Origin: Antedon mediterranea
Taxonomy: Eukaryota; Animalia; Echinodermata
NCBI RefSeq assembly: GCF_964355755.1
Contig: NC_092674.1
Location: 20,088,001 to 20,152,000 of the forward strand
DNA length: 64,000 nt
Direction of reading: 5' to 3'
Positions within the stretch are counted from its first letter, which is position 1, and each line of letters begins with the position of its first letter. Below the pieces are notes generated by a model. That model worked only from the letters and a program-made list of their open reading frames with translations. It was not told where the DNA came from and ran no database searches. A program made the position numbers and the translations under genes. This document shows, piece after piece, positions 12,412-26,754 of the stretch.

Positions 12412-15400
12412 TTATAAAACTTTAATTTCTCCTGTACAATTTACACAACAGTTAAGTGTCAAATTGTCATATTTGGTTAGTGGATGATACCTGTCTATCA
12501 TTTTTTGCATAGGAGTTGTGCTCCCCGTATGATTATTACTTGAAGTTTTATGCATAGGTGTTGGACTCTCTGGACTTGAGATTACTTGCATCGTAGATTT
12601 TTTTACCGAGTTGGTTTTGTTTAACAATATCTGAAAATTAAACAATTCTAAATGTAGATTAAAATTGATTTTACAAATTCTGTACTTTAGTTTTAACTAG
12701 AATTCAATGATCAGCAGCGGGATTTTTGTTCAAGTACAGTACTACTGTATACGCCATGTATATGGAAATGTATGCCGATCTGGCAGGAATTAGCACATTT
12801 GCTCACCATTAAGTGAATAATTCATGCAGTCAGTTTTGTGTTGGAGAGAACGAAAGGCAAAACATCTATTACTGTATGTATGATTAACCCAAAATCTTCT
12901 ATACACAAAACTAATCAAAACACTAAATTCTAAATACAGTATCCCTCTCAACGGGACACTTTTCTGTGAAACAAATAAGGAGCAGTATATAAATATGTTT
13001 TCTACTACAGCCAACCTCTGTTCATGGGACACTTTGTTGGGTTCCAAAAGTGTCCTCTAAAATATAGGTTCTACAACAATAATAATATGCTAAATAAGAT
13101 TGTTTAAAACCTCTCGCATAATGGAATTATCAGGTGATGGATGTGCTATTCCTGCCAGCGGGATCAAATGTTTAATAGAAGCATGTTGAGTTAAAATGGC
13201 AAGGTAGACAATTAAACTTACATCCTTGGCAAGCATTTCAGCATGTGTCCATTCAACAAAGATATTGTCTTTCTTAGATGTTCCACTGTCTATGGCTATG
13301 TTGCCCAGCAAATGAGTGGATATTGCATTTGAAAGTTGTTCATTATGAAGAGCTAGTGTTATTACGTTGCTGGATGGTACAATGTTTGATTGAGAGAGTG
13401 TCTGTGATCTCTGTAGAGCTAGAGAAAGGTACTGAAGAAGTCTGCAAATAAACAATCATGTTTTTATGTTTGAGATCTTAAATTTGGTTATAGAATATTT
13501 TTATAGTATTTTTATGTTAAGTATATATTTTATTTTCTTGAACGGAGGAAAGGCTGATGCTGCCCGAAAGCTATACATTTTATTTCTGGCTGTTTTACTG
13601 TATCATTTTGATTTAGCTTTTTCTTATTTTATGTGCATTTCCTTGAGATCCAGCAAATGATACTCACAGAATTGTCATTTTTCAGTAATTTTCAGAAATT
13701 AAAAACATGCCATGTACACTTTAGCAATTGACCTGAATGTTTAGCATGAACAAAATTAGAGTATTATGACCTTTTAAATGTTTTAAATTTGTATCTCGTT
13801 CTCTTTTCTTATAACCAGCAATTTTGTTTGATACCTGGTTGTATTGAAGACACTTGAACTTAAAGGACTAAATGAATTGAAATGATATAAATTCTTGGAA
13901 TTACCTGTTTGATCTCATCATGTGCTTTCTCATTTCAGATCTTTCATCCATTAGTTTTTGTAATGTATATGTTGATTCTTGGAGTAGCATGTTTAGACTA
14001 TTTCGTAATGAGACTAATTCGTCTACTTGTACCCTAAAATAAAAAATCAATATTATAAGAAACATTTTATTAGATTGCACATGGCTTTTATTTAATCTTC
14101 ATTTACAAGGTCTATATTAACTGTTTACTTCAGAACTAGTTCATAGAAAGTATTTTTATTATTTTAAAATTGCAGTATCTATTTGACTTTCGACCAGACA
14201 ACGATCGAACTCAACGAACTAAATCCCATTTTTATAATTAATTATTGTACAGTTATAATAATTAGTAATTTATTAAATGTGACTTTTTCGAACTACAAGT
14301 TGGAGGAGAAACAAGGCAGACAATCATTAAAAACAAAAGGCAAGTCTATTTCTGGATTTTTATCAAATTAATGCAGTTGCACGGATTATTCTGCAAGTGT
14401 GATAAATTTAAAGAAAGTCACTAACCAATTCCTACATAAATTTGTTTGTGTGTGTATTGAGTTCTATATTTACCTGCTGCCTAAAAATTTACTCCGCCAA
14501 ACATCGCACTGTATGTTGACCCTTTCAAAATTTTCACGCTCCTTTGCCAGACATCCAATTGTGCTTTCCAGGTCTTGTGCTAACTGGGTCTTATCTCTTG
14601 TCTGGGTCTCTAACTGGTGTTGGATGTCTGAGCCAACAGATGCAACTAATAACTTCTTGAGCTCCTTGTTTACCTATAAAATGTATAATAATTAATTGCA
14701 ATGTATTGTAGTAAGTTAACCCAATTAATTTACAGTGGCAAGTATGCGAACAGCTAACTGTTGTTAACCATTATAATTATCAGGTTAGTTCCTTTTTTGT
14801 TCAATTGGGATATAGGGCCAGTCCATTATTGTGGTTTCCATAACCAGGTGATTGAACTAGACCAGGGCTGAAATGAAAGAAAACTCCAGAATAAAGATTC
14901 ACTGGGGTTCTCTTAAGTGCATCCAAGCCAGATGTGTGTACAATACACTAGACCTCTTGTTTTAAATCTGAAAGCTTTTTACCACCAGAACCATGGTCAA
15001 GGAGTGCCTTCCATTGACTGATATTATGGCTGTTATTATCTATTAAAAAAGCATCTAACCTGACATTGGGCTGCTAATTCAGCTTCAAATCGTTCCTTTT
15101 CTTTCTCTGCAGCTGTCCTCTCTTTCTGCAACAATTGTTCAAGTTCTTCCACCTGATTCTCCAGCTCATCTACCTTGTGATCAGAGGCATCAACAAAACT
15201 CATATCGACTACAGCACTATCATGAGTTCTTATAAATGGGCTGTTCTTTCCTTTCTGAAAGCTTCTATGACTTGGTGATGCTTCAAAAGCTTTTTGTAGA
15301 AGTCTTTCCTTGTAGGCTTCTTCGGTAGAATTCCTGAGTTGTGTGTTCATAAACTGATGCCTTGTGGGTGTACCTCTGATGGTACTAGTCTCTGAATGCG

Positions 15401-15946
15401 TATTTTCCATGCCATCTGCTTCAGATCGCATGGTTGCAATATTTGGTTTTAATCCTAAAAATAACATAAAACATGTATTGTTTATGAATACTCCAAAAGT
15501 TTTGTCTGTGTAGTTTGTCACTTTCAACTTTTTGGTCTTCCAAATTGAGACTTATTCCAGTTTATTTACAAATAGAAAACAACTTAAACATTTAATAATA
15601 TTAATAAATTGCTAAACAAATTATACAATATTATTTTGGACATTGTGTAGTTGGCAACAATTTTGACAAATATTATGATTTACATTTATATTATAATTTA
15701 TCAATTAAACTTTGCTGCTATGTTGAAATTACAAGGCTTTACTCCTGTATGGGCTGAATAGGCCACGAGCTGTAAGAGCAGTTTTCCACTATAGATATAC
15801 TGCACTAAAAAGGACTACTGAAAAGTAATCCAGTATCTTAAAAAACATATTCTACATCTTATTATTAATCACTCACCTCTATCCATGACAATTGTTTGTA
15901 CATCTGTAATTGTCCTTGGCGATATCAATTGTGGTGTAAAAGACAT
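12412..15946 (-). CDS. BLZF1: Golgin-45 (basic leucine zipper nuclear factor 1); complete spliced CDS
   Basis: Exons 15946 (or ATG 15886)-15877, 15454-15060, 14673-14474, 14033-13905, 13441-13111 and 12630-12412 are in frame with GT-AG sites. Contains VNKELKKLLVASVG...IQCDVWRSKFLGSR and the C-terminal LTLNCCVNCTGEIKVL characteristic of golgin-45. Confidence 0.9.
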
Positions 15947-17429
15947 TTTAATCTTTTTTAATGACGTCTACACAAGTTTACACAGTACCAAGTATTGTAC
16001 AGTAAAATAAGCAAATACTGCACAAATAAGAGATGAGAGTGAAGACTTCCAAAAGTTCTCAGTATTACTATTATTATTATGACTTCACTTCTGAAATAGC
16101 ATATAAATAAAAAACGTTGTAGTGTATACAATATACAGATCTATAAGGTTCAGATAAGATTTACACATATAATACAGTGTCATTCATATTAAAGGTCTGT
16201 TTTCTGCTGGAAATATACACTATATTTTTGGCAGACCAAAAAGTCTAAGTATAAAATAAAAGCATATCAATTCAAGCCCATGATGACTGCTGCTTCCAGT
16301 GAGACACAAGTGGATCCCACGTACAATCAATACTGTTAGTATTTCACTTCATCCATTTGGTGTGGTGTATATGGATTACAAACACATATACTGTACATAG
16401 ATCGGTCAGGCCCAATGTTAAGATTATCAGGCCCATCATAAAAAAGTGGACTTGATCGTATCCGTACTCTATAATGGGCCCAAAATCTTTAACCCACACT
16501 CCATCTAGGATTCCACACACATTCATTTAGCGCTGCGCCGCCTACACTAGAGGTACGACCCTCTAGCACTAGCAGCAAGACAAAGGCCCTAAAATATGCC
16601 TAGCCCCTAGGAGGTAGTACTGTACTCTATTAGCTAGGTAGGCCCAGGCCCCTGCTGGCTAGATTAGGTCTAGGGGATTGGGCCCGATCGTCTTATGCGT
16701 TGGTCCCGATAGTCTTAATAGCCAAATGTACCGTTTGTATTATTCGTTCCATTATAGTTTATAATTGAGTTCTAGGCATATTGTCACACATACATACCGA
16801 GTGAATGAAGTGAAATAATGTGTTGTTACAGTAACCAAATTATTGATCGAGCATGTATACTATAGCAGCAGTTGTGGGCTTGATTGATGTGCTTTTATTT
16901 TATTCTGATGTTCTTTTTTGCTACCAAAAATATACCTTCTCTAGGCCTAGTGGAAACATCTTTAATTTATTTTATTATGGTGAACAATTATAAATCCAAC
17001 CAAATTCATTTTCGTGAATCCGATCGTCTTTTATTTATTGTTAGAATGGGCCCGATCGTCTAATTATGTTTGGCCGAACATCCACACAGTTTGGCCCGAA
17101 TGTCTTGGAATAGGCCCGATCGTCGACTAGGGCCTAGACTAAAATTATCCTAGGCCTAACCTAGGCCTACTAGACCTAAATCAAGACTTTTGAATCAAGT
17201 TGATCAATTTTATTCTAACTAGGCCTGGCCCTAGGCTAGTAAATAGGCTTATTATTATTATCTAGGCCTACCCTACTAGGTAGGCGGTTCTGAATAGGCC
17301 CAGCCTACTAGCTAGGCCTCTCCTTTAGGCCTAGCCTAGGCCCTCTGCTAGTCAATATACAGTTCCAGTAGGCCTACCTCTAGGCCTATAGGCCTAGGCC
17401 CTAGCTAGTAGTCATAGTATTATTAGAAG

Positions 17430-18345
17430 GTAGGCTAGGCGGCGCTAGTTCCGTTTCGCACCTGTTTTTATTTCGACTTCCTTTTGACTCCAAATTATTA
17501 AGCAACTTATTGTGAATACCACACCTTAAAATTGGGCCTGATAAGTACTTTTATGAAGAAGAATCACATAAAAAGTAACTAATAAATCCTTAAATTGATG
17601 ATTTCACAGACATGTTTCTCGCATACCGTTCGCGAATTTAGCATACTCCAAGTTCAATATTTTCGTTTCTATGGAGCGCCAAAAGAGCAACAACAATAGA
17701 TGGTTAAAAACTCAGTGGAATGCGTCTTCTTTTAATGCATTTATTATTGAAATACACGTTTAATTTTAATATATTTTGTCAATAAAAATGCTGTAACATT
17801 TTACTGCTAATAATTTGCTGTTTTCAAATAGCAACCAACCCTAGACCTAAGAGTAAGACTAAGAGGCATATTATTTAGATTAAGGTATACCCCTACAGTA
17901 CATGTAATATGATGATGAATTTGTCGATTTTCATTCCTAAAAGTTCCTGCAAAAACCATGTACAGTATCAACAGTAATATTTTTGTTGCATTGACATTGA
18001 CAAAATATGATAAAATTGAACGTAATTTTCACCAATAAATGCATTAAATATACGCAATTTATTGAGTTTTTAGCCCTCTATTATGATTGCTCTTTTGGCG
18101 CTCCATAGAAACAACAACATTGAACATGGAGTATGCGAAATTCACGAACCGATGTGCGAGAGAAACACACCTGTAAATTCATCAATTTAAAGGATTAATT
18201 TTTTACTTTTTGTGTGATCTCCTTCGTAAAAATATTTTTGAGGCCTAATTCTAAGGTGTGGTACTCGCGATAAAGTTACTTAACCAATTTTGAGTCAAAA
18301 TAAACGGCAGGTGCGAAACGGAACTAGCGCCGGCTAGGCCTACCT
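17430..18345. mobile_element. MITE-like element with ~280-bp imperfect TIRs
   Basis: GGCGCTAGTTCCGTTTCGCACCTG at ~17441 is inverted as CAGGTGCGAAACGGAACTAGCGCC at ~18330. The internal TTTCTATGGAGCGCCAAAAGAGCAA is also inverted. A second family member lies at ~48185-48835. Confidence 0.8.
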
Positions 18346-18740
18346 AGACTAGGATAGGTAGGCTAGGCCTGTATTAACTATCGCTCTATTATCAATGATA
18401 TTCAAGTGAAATCTTACAATAGACTACAGTAACTAGACTGAGGTTAATAATCGCCTAGCTAGGCCTCTTCGTGTTGAGACTGAAAGATCGAAAGATCTGG
18501 CTGGCTGGTGGTGGTGGGGATGGGATCAGCAGAGAGAGAGTCGAGAGAGGAGGATGTGAGTATGACGTACTGTGTGTGACCGACGTACGTACGTGACACG
18601 AGTTTACTCGATCGTCGTCGTTGTCACGTCTCGGAGTATAAAAATCCGGTATATGATATGGAACGCCAAGACGGACGTAAATACATGTATCGTATTGTAT
18701 TTATCAAGTGCATTAATTGAGGAAAAGAGACATCTTTTAA

Positions 18741-19079
18741 AGATATATTGTCCCCTAAAAAAATATTTTTTTACATTTTTTTGTTGAATATGTTATTTTA
18801 ATGTCACATAATAGTTATTCACTCTCACAAAAAATTGGGTCTGAAAAAAATTTATTTACCTGAGAAAAATGTAATTTAAAGCAAAAAATGGTCAAATTGT
18901 CTGGAAGTTTTTGGGTAATTTAACTGTTTATTTTGTCTTTTTATAGGTGAAATAATTTTTTTTTTCCCCGTTTTTTTTTCTTATGGAAGTGAACAACTTC
19001 ATTAAAACTGCAAAATGGCCTATTCAAAGTCCGATTTAAAAAATCTTTATTTTTCATGATTTTGGGGGACAATACATCT
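18741..19079. mobile_element. Non-autonomous DNA transposon with TTAA target sites (Kolobok-like)
   Basis: TTAA|AGATATATTGTCCCC ... GGGGACAATACATCT|TTAA. Another right end of the family (GGGGACAATATATCT|TTAA) lies at ~24177-24195. Confidence 0.7.
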
Positions 19080-19959
19080 TTAAAATAATGTTAATGGAAC
19101 AGGAGATGTAGTTCAACCCACTACATAATTTTACACTTCTCCTCCTGCCTTCGAAATATAAATAAAACATGTGTTTTCTTTTCGAATCAGATGTAAAATA
19201 AATTGTAATGATTTTTTTTATTACATGTATTGTTTACGTCAATATAAAAATGATAAAGAACACGAATATTATGTAAATGTATAGTCAATGTTTTGTTAAA
19301 GTGTATTTTAAAGGTATATAAATGTGTATGAGAAATAGGAGCGCTTAATTTATATAGTTACCACCATAGCAATAAAAACGCTCACGTAAATAAAATATTG
19401 TGACGTTTATTCTATATCTATGGTAGCGAAGAATAAACAGACGCCATTTCTGTTTGATATTTCGAACAGAAAACACATTAAAAAACGCTCTTAAATTCTC
19501 TGGCATGGAAAGTATTGATAACATGATTAGCCTACTGCCGAAATCAAGAAACACGATTTGAAATAACAAGAAATTCCAGAACAAATACTTGAAAAGGTAG
19601 TATGATAGAGTAAAAAATGTCATGATTAATTGTTAGTTACAAAACAATTTTCAAACAAAGCCCAAAATATCATCTGTTCTATACGCGCACGTCACCTACC
19701 TGACAGCAGCTAGCAAAACACACAAATGCATCAACATTGTTTCTAAAATTCAAAATTTAAGAATAGCATAGGACCTATGCATGAACGAAACAAGCAAAAT
19801 ATTCCAAAGTTTTGCACCAGATTATCGCTAACTTTGGTGAAATAGTGGTCTTGCGTTTTGGAAGATGAATATAAGAGGATGACCTAGTGTTGTAGTATAG
19901 AAATTGACATTAAGTTCAAACATGTCGTAAACTATATGGGGATAGTTATGATTAATACA

Positions 19960-22430
19960 GTTAGTACTTAGATGAGGAAGGTAGACTACTTATTTTAAGT
20001 TTAGAATATAACGGACAAATTTTTACTTTAATAAATGTGTATGCGCCAAATAATTACAAAGAAAGATCGTTATTCTTTAAGAAACTTGAAAAGAAGATCG
20101 ATTCTCTTTGTAGTGTTGATGAGCATATCATAATTGGCGGTGATATGAACTGTATATTACAACGTAATCTTGATCAAAAGAACAGTGTAAATACTTATGA
20201 TAACTCGCCACAAATATTAAAAAATTGTATGCGTAATCATAAACTAATTGACATAATAATGGAGACAATGCCACAAAAACAAAACTCAGTATACGTGGAG
20301 ACGAAAAGAAACATACAGAAGGTTAGATTTTTGGTGTGTTTCGAACGCCCTCTATAAAAACGGTGAAATTGTGTCTTGCGACATTAGACCATCTATCTGT
20401 TCTGATCATCAAGCAATCTCTCTTAAAATTGTAAACCACCAAGCAGAAAAAGGTCCTGGACTTTGGAAAATTAATAACAGCATTTTAAATGATAATGATT
20501 ACAATGTAAACATAATCAGAATAATTAGAAATGTAAAAAATAATGAAAATAATCTTAGCCCGGACCTCCTCTGGGAATACCTAAAAGTTAAGATCAAAAC
20601 ATTTTCTAGCACATATTGTAAACAAAAGAAACAAAAAAGACAAGTTAATAAAGAAGAATTGTTCAAAAAAGTCAAAGAATTAACAAATAAACTTGATATT
20701 GCATGATGATGAAACAAACATCCAATTAAGCAACATCCAGAAAGAGCTTAATGATATATATTCAATTGAAGCACACGGTGCCCAAATTAGATCCCGATTG
20801 GACTGGTTTGAAAAGGGAGAAAAAAACACTAAATTCTTTTTAGGATTAGAAAAATCCAACGCAAAAAGAAAACACATTACTTCAGTATTAAAAAGTAATG
20901 GAAAATACACATCAGACACATCTGAAATTATAAAGGAAGAAGTAAGTTTCTTCAGACAGCTATATGCAAAAAAAATATCCCTGATCATAAAATTAATGAG
21001 TACTTACACAGATCAAATGTAAGCAAACTTTCAATTGATGACTATACTAAATGTGAGGGATTATTATCAGTTGATGAATGCACAAATGCTGTTTTAAAAA
21101 TGCACCTTAATAAAAGCCCAGGATCTGATGGCTTGAGTGTTGAATTTTACAGAAAGTTTTGGGACCATATAAAAGAAATGCTGTGTACAGCTCTGAACTA
21201 TAATTATCACAACAACATACTTTCAAATTCACAAAGGAGAGGTATAATTCAATTACTTTTCAAAAGTGGACAAAGAGAGAAGTTAGAAAACTGGCGACCT
21301 ATCACACTCATTAATGTAGATTATAAGATATTAGCTCATGTTCTATCAATCAGATTACAAAAAGTAATATCAACTATTATACATTCTGATCAAAAAGGTT
21401 ACATTACTGGAAGATTTGGTGGTGAAAACATAAGACTTGTAGAAGATATACTTTATTTTACTAATATCAAAAACAAACCCGGCGCCTTAATTTTCCTCGA
21501 TTTTGCAAAAGCGTTTGATTCGGTTAACAGAAATTTAATGTTAAAAACGCTAACAAAATTTGGATTTGGTCCTTCTTTTATTAAATAGATTAAAGTAATA
21601 TATACTGATACAGAACGTATAATGGTAAATAATGGTTGGATGTCGGAAAGCATTAATATGGAACGTGGAATAAGACAAGGGTGTCCTTTATCGGCCTTGT
21701 TATTTATATTGGTAGTTGAATTGATGGCCTGTAACATATGGAACAATCCCCTATGTAAAGGAATTGAATTGCCAAAAATAAATGATGAAGAATGTACTGT
21801 TAAGATAGCTCAGCTTGCAGACGATATATAATATCAACTCCTATAGCACAAGAAAAATGGGAGATAGAATTTCAAAATTACACTTTTGCATGGGATACCG
21901 TATGGTATAACAAGGTGTTTTCTATGACACATATCACAAAAGTCGCGCAATTCAATTTCAAACTACTACATCGTATTCTTGCGTGTAAAAGTAAGTTAAA
22001 AATTTGGAAACTTTCAATAAATGACATATGTGAAAGATGTAATAGTGAAATTGAAAATGAAAAACATTTGTTATTTTCATGTAATAAGATTAAACCCATA
22101 TGGATTGTATTTAAGTTTTTGATCTCAAACTGTTTTGTACAAAAGATTGATATAACCTGGCGTAATATTGTTAAAGGATCGGAAACGAAAACTGTAAATG
22201 AACTTATTTCAATATTTACTTTTTGCATCTATAAATCGTGTTTAGTAATAAGAAAAGAAAAGAAACAAAATCAGGAATCAAAAATAATTTGGAGATTATT
22301 TTACTATGAATTAAAGCATTTATTAACAAATGAATTTATGAATAATTTACATAAGGCTCAGAAGAAATGGACGAATAACCTAAAAGATAAATTATTAAAA
22401 CTATCTAAAGACTTGATGTTAATAATTTAA
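19960..22430 (+). mobile_element. Degraded L1/Tx1-clade LINE ORF2 (endonuclease, RT, C-terminal zinc finger), frameshifted and internally deleted
   Basis: NVYAPN, IIGGDMN, SDHQAI, GLWKIN, KSPGSDG, NWRPITLIN, LDFAKAFDSV, GIRQGCPLS, QLADD and CERC..E..KHLLFSC. Confidence 0.9.
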
Positions 22431-23779
22431 TTATTTTATCGATTCCTTTTTCTTTCTTACCTTATCATAATGGACACAAATCCTGCATATCAACGTAAAA
22501 TCTGTTTATAAGCATCACATACAGTATACCTTTTTAAGATGACAATAGTTCAAATACATGAAGCATGTCAATATAATCTGTATGTATTGGTATTTGTTTA
22601 ACATATATATCTTTCTATATTTGCATTATTTTATATCGTATACGTGTCAATTTAATCTATAGGTATGTGTATTTGTTCAATATATATACTTCTATACTAC
22701 TATAATATGTTATACCGTAAATACAAATTGTAAGTAGTAGTTGTACTAAGATGACATCGGGTATGAAGCGTCTCACATACACACAGAGCCAAAATTGCAT
22801 CTTGGACTTGCACCGTGTATGGACTCTAACCTTACGGTTTCCATTAAATATACCATTTCATGCTATCATTCTAAATAACTAACTTTCAACCTACTGCATT
22901 CCTCTTTTTTTCATACCATCCATCTTATCTTGGTGAAAAGGGAGGATACTACATTTTCCTCCCCTGAGTTTATAGCCTCTCTACTCGAACACAAACTCGA
23001 ACACAAATAAGATCACAAATAAGATAGTTTAACAAGACAATTTTAATCATGTATTTTACCGCCATTTTTCATTTCTACATTTTAATTAACATCGTATCTA
23101 AAATTTTAAATGAGAAAATATATGGTTAATATAATGAATTCTGGCATCTTATTATGTAAATATACCGGTATTTTAACTACTCTAAACACTTACTTTTAAT
23201 TGTCACAAATGTACTTATATGTATATAATATATTCATCAATGAGAATTTAAATAAACGTGAGAAGAACTCACACAAGACAAAAAAATATTTAAATATGTA
23301 TATCTCTTTCCATTAGCCTAGATTAAGTTCCTTAGTTCCCGTAGGCCTTAGGTGTGAAAGAAGATTTTGAAACTATACGTCATATGACTCTCTTTTAAAG
23401 CAATGTTTAATTTAATAAGATTTGATTGAAAGGTATTTCCCTAGCCCTAGACTACATACAATATAAAAAATAAGGAAAACAAGATATAAGGTACGGAGGA
23501 TATTTACAGAAACCAAACTTTTAGTCCTGTTGATTACTCCTATACTTTCAGATAGTAACCAATTCATTGATAGGCCTACATGTTGCAAGTTAAGTGCTCA
23601 TCAAAGAAAACACCGACATTTTTTTCGTTCTACTCATTGTTAAGCAAAATGTTTAATTATTTACATCATCAGCCTTTTTCTGGTTATTGAAATAATATTA
23701 CATTTCTTTGAATTAATTTTTAAAGCCTTAAAGCATTCACAAATATAATGTAGTTGGTATCGTTAACAGTAATTCAGAG

Positions 23780-23830
23780 GTCATTATTACTGTAAAATAT
23801 ATTTGTATCATCGGCATAAAGGAAAAAATA
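23780..23830 (-). mobile_element. Tiny LINE RT fragment
   Basis: FFLYADDTNIFYS, similar to the RT at 38209-39150. Confidence 0.45.
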
Positions 23831-24399
23831 TGCGATGTCATTACATAATATAAAATAAATAATAATGGTCCGAGCAGTGAGTCTTGTTACTCCACATATT
23901 TCTGAGATCCGACAAAGATTCATATTTTGTAAACGGGATCGATTTTCAAGAAAATGTATCACTTCCGTGGATAAAAAACCCCGAGAAAATAATGTTTTTA
24001 CATAGGCCTATAAAATAAAAAAATAAATAGTAAAATTTAACAAAAAAAAATACAGAATTTGGCTGGCAGCCAATTTGACTATTTTTTCCCCGTTAAATTA
24101 CAGTTTTTTTTCAAGTAAATACATTTTTTTTCGATCCATTTTTTGTCGATCCTATTATGTGACATTCACTTTTCATGGGGACAATATATCTTTAAACCAT
24201 TGCAACACAGAATGCATAATAATAAATAATAAAATGTTTGGTTTAACGTATCAAAGTTTTTTGATAGATCAAAAAAATACCTATTGCGTGTGATTTTTTC
24301 TAAATTGACTTATAATTCTATCAGTAATCTAACACATCTACCAGAGCCTTTTTAATCTCTAGAGACCTTACGTACGCATTAAGTTACAAATTGTATCAT

Positions 24400-26170
24400 T
24401 AAGCCGGGGTATAGGACCGACCATTCAATGGTTCTACTTTCAATACAATTTAACGATATTAAAAAAGGTACTGGGTTTTGGAAGTTTAACAACTCATTAC
24501 TTAAGGATATAGATTATTGCACTATTGTAGAAGAAAAAATAAAACAAATTATCGATCAATATTCAAAGAAAGAAAATCACGAGGATGTCCGAGAGTTTAG
24601 TATAAATAATCAACTTTTTTTAGATGTAATTTTGATGGAAATTAAAAGGTTAACACTAAAATACTTTAGCCAAAAAAATATAAAAAATAATTCAATCGAA
24701 AAGAAACTAGTAAATGAAATTGAAATTCTGGAAAATATTTTTAATTTAAACCCAAAAAAAAAATCTGTATTAGAAGATTTGACGGTTAAAAAAGAAGAGT
24801 TAGAGAAAATACGTTGATCAGGATAGCAGAGATTATAATTAGACCAAGGGCACAGTGGTGTGAAGACGGCGAAAAATCTAGCAAATAATTTCTTAATCTT
24901 GAAAAAAGAAACGCCAATCAATATATAATTACCTGCATAAAAGAAAACGATTCTACTTTAGTTAATAGCCAAATAGAAATCAAAGAAAGCATATATACTT
25001 TCTACAAACATTTATACAGTGAACACCCTATTGATACAGCCAAGGCTGAGGAGGTTTTAAGAGGGTGCTAAACTAACAACTTTAGCTGAAAGTGATAAAT
25101 TAAAAATAGAAGGGAAACTCACATTTGAAGAAGTTAGTAAAGTCCTCAAACAAATGAAACATAACAAAACAAACACAGATGGTTTTTCAGTAGAGTTTTT
25201 TAAAGTTTTTTGGAAAAGTCTGGGACAATTTGTTGTTAACTCATTAAATTATGCATTCGATACAGGTCATCTCTCAATAAGTCAAACACAGGGCTTAATA
25301 ACACTATTACCTAAATCTGATAAACCACGTGAATTGATTCAAAACTGGAGACCTCTTTATTCACTTTTAAATGTTGTATATAAGATTGCCTCATCATGTA
25401 TATAGCCGAAAGAATAAAATTTGTTTTAAATCTTCTGATTAATGAGGTTTCATGAAGGGTAGATATATAGGTGAGTGTACTACTAGAAAAATGTACGACA
25501 TCCTAGTTTACACTAAATTACGTAATATTCCTGGTCTTGTGTTAATGATTGATTTTGAAAAGGTTTTGACACGGTTTCCCACACTTTTATGAAAAAAGTC
25601 CTTTTAAACTATAATTTTGGTGATGATATTTTAAGGTGGATTGACATTTTTTATAACGAATGTAAATCAAGTGTTCTTGTAAATGGTTATCCAACACCTT
25701 TTTTTAATATATGTACAAATAGGATGTCGTCAATGCTACCCTCTTTCACCATATTTATTTATTTTATGTATTGAGGTGTTAGCACAAAATATCAGAACAA
25801 ATGAGTACATGAAAGGTATTAATGTAGAAGGCACCGATGTCACTGTCACTCGCTGACAATGCCACTATATACACTGATGGTTCAGAAAATAGTATGCTAG
25901 AAGCATTTAAAGAGTTAGATAGTTTTGACAACATATCTGGTTTAAAGGTTAACTACCAAAAAACATGCGCTATGTGGATTGGGAGCAAAACGCATTGTAA
26001 AGAAAGAATTTGTAAAGAAAAACATTCCTATTGGCCAGATGATGGACATTTGAATCTTCTTGGCATCATGTATTGTGTTGACTACACTCAAATGCCAGAA
26101 CTAAATTATATTAAATGTATGACATCTATACAAAAGTCACTAGCCCAATGGTCAAAAAGATATCTCACGT
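24400..26170 (+). mobile_element. Second degraded L1/Tx1-clade LINE ORF2 fragment
   Basis: TDH, GFWKFNNSLL, DGFSVEFFK, NWRP, LADN and ISGLKVNYQKT, with many frameshifts. Confidence 0.85.
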
Positions 26171-26669
26171 TTATTCGATATCTATGACAGCGTAGAATAA
26201 ACGGACGCCATTTCTGTTTGCTATTTTATCACAGAAAGTCCGTTTTTAAAACCGCTCTTACATTCTTTGGAAAATATCGATAAATGTATAATGTTAAACA
26301 TGATAAGATACAAAAAGAAGAACAGAACATTATTTTAAAAAGGCACAGCTACTGTTAGTTAAGAATATCTTTTATCTATTTTTTATCTAGGCCTAAATTA
26401 TACATTTTATTTTACAATTTTTATAAGCTCCACTTTGATTATGATTATCCAACATCCAATTCACAACACGCACCACTAACGCTGTTTAATACATACAGTG
26501 TATACATTTATGTATTCGTTAACATTATTCTGTATTCACAATCACACACATGTGCTTATCTGATTCGTCAGTTCTTTATCTTTTGTTTACTGTTGTGATA
26601 TTCTGCAGCTGTTGCTATCTGAGTTGTGAAAACACAATAATCTCCTCCCATTATCATATTTTATTGATT

Positions 26670-26754
26670 TGGTTGGAAATTCCGGTTTTCGCCATTTCTT
26701 CTTTCGCTTTCATAATGTTTGGTCGCAGATGACAATTTCTTAATATACGTAAGT
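26670..26754 (+). promoter_or_regulatory. Putative promoter/short first exon of cGLR copy 1 with kB-like and IRF-like sites
   Basis: TGGAAATTCC at 26674-26683, TTTCGCTTTC (GAAAGCGAAA) at 26702-26711, donor GTAAGT at 26749 and acceptor TTTTTCAG at 27330. Confidence 0.5.

Noticed and set aside
26550-26732. Small ORFs 'conserved' between units (26550/31798 and 30159/35261)
   Set aside because: Their similarity is explained by the recent segmental duplication, and they show no recognisable domain.
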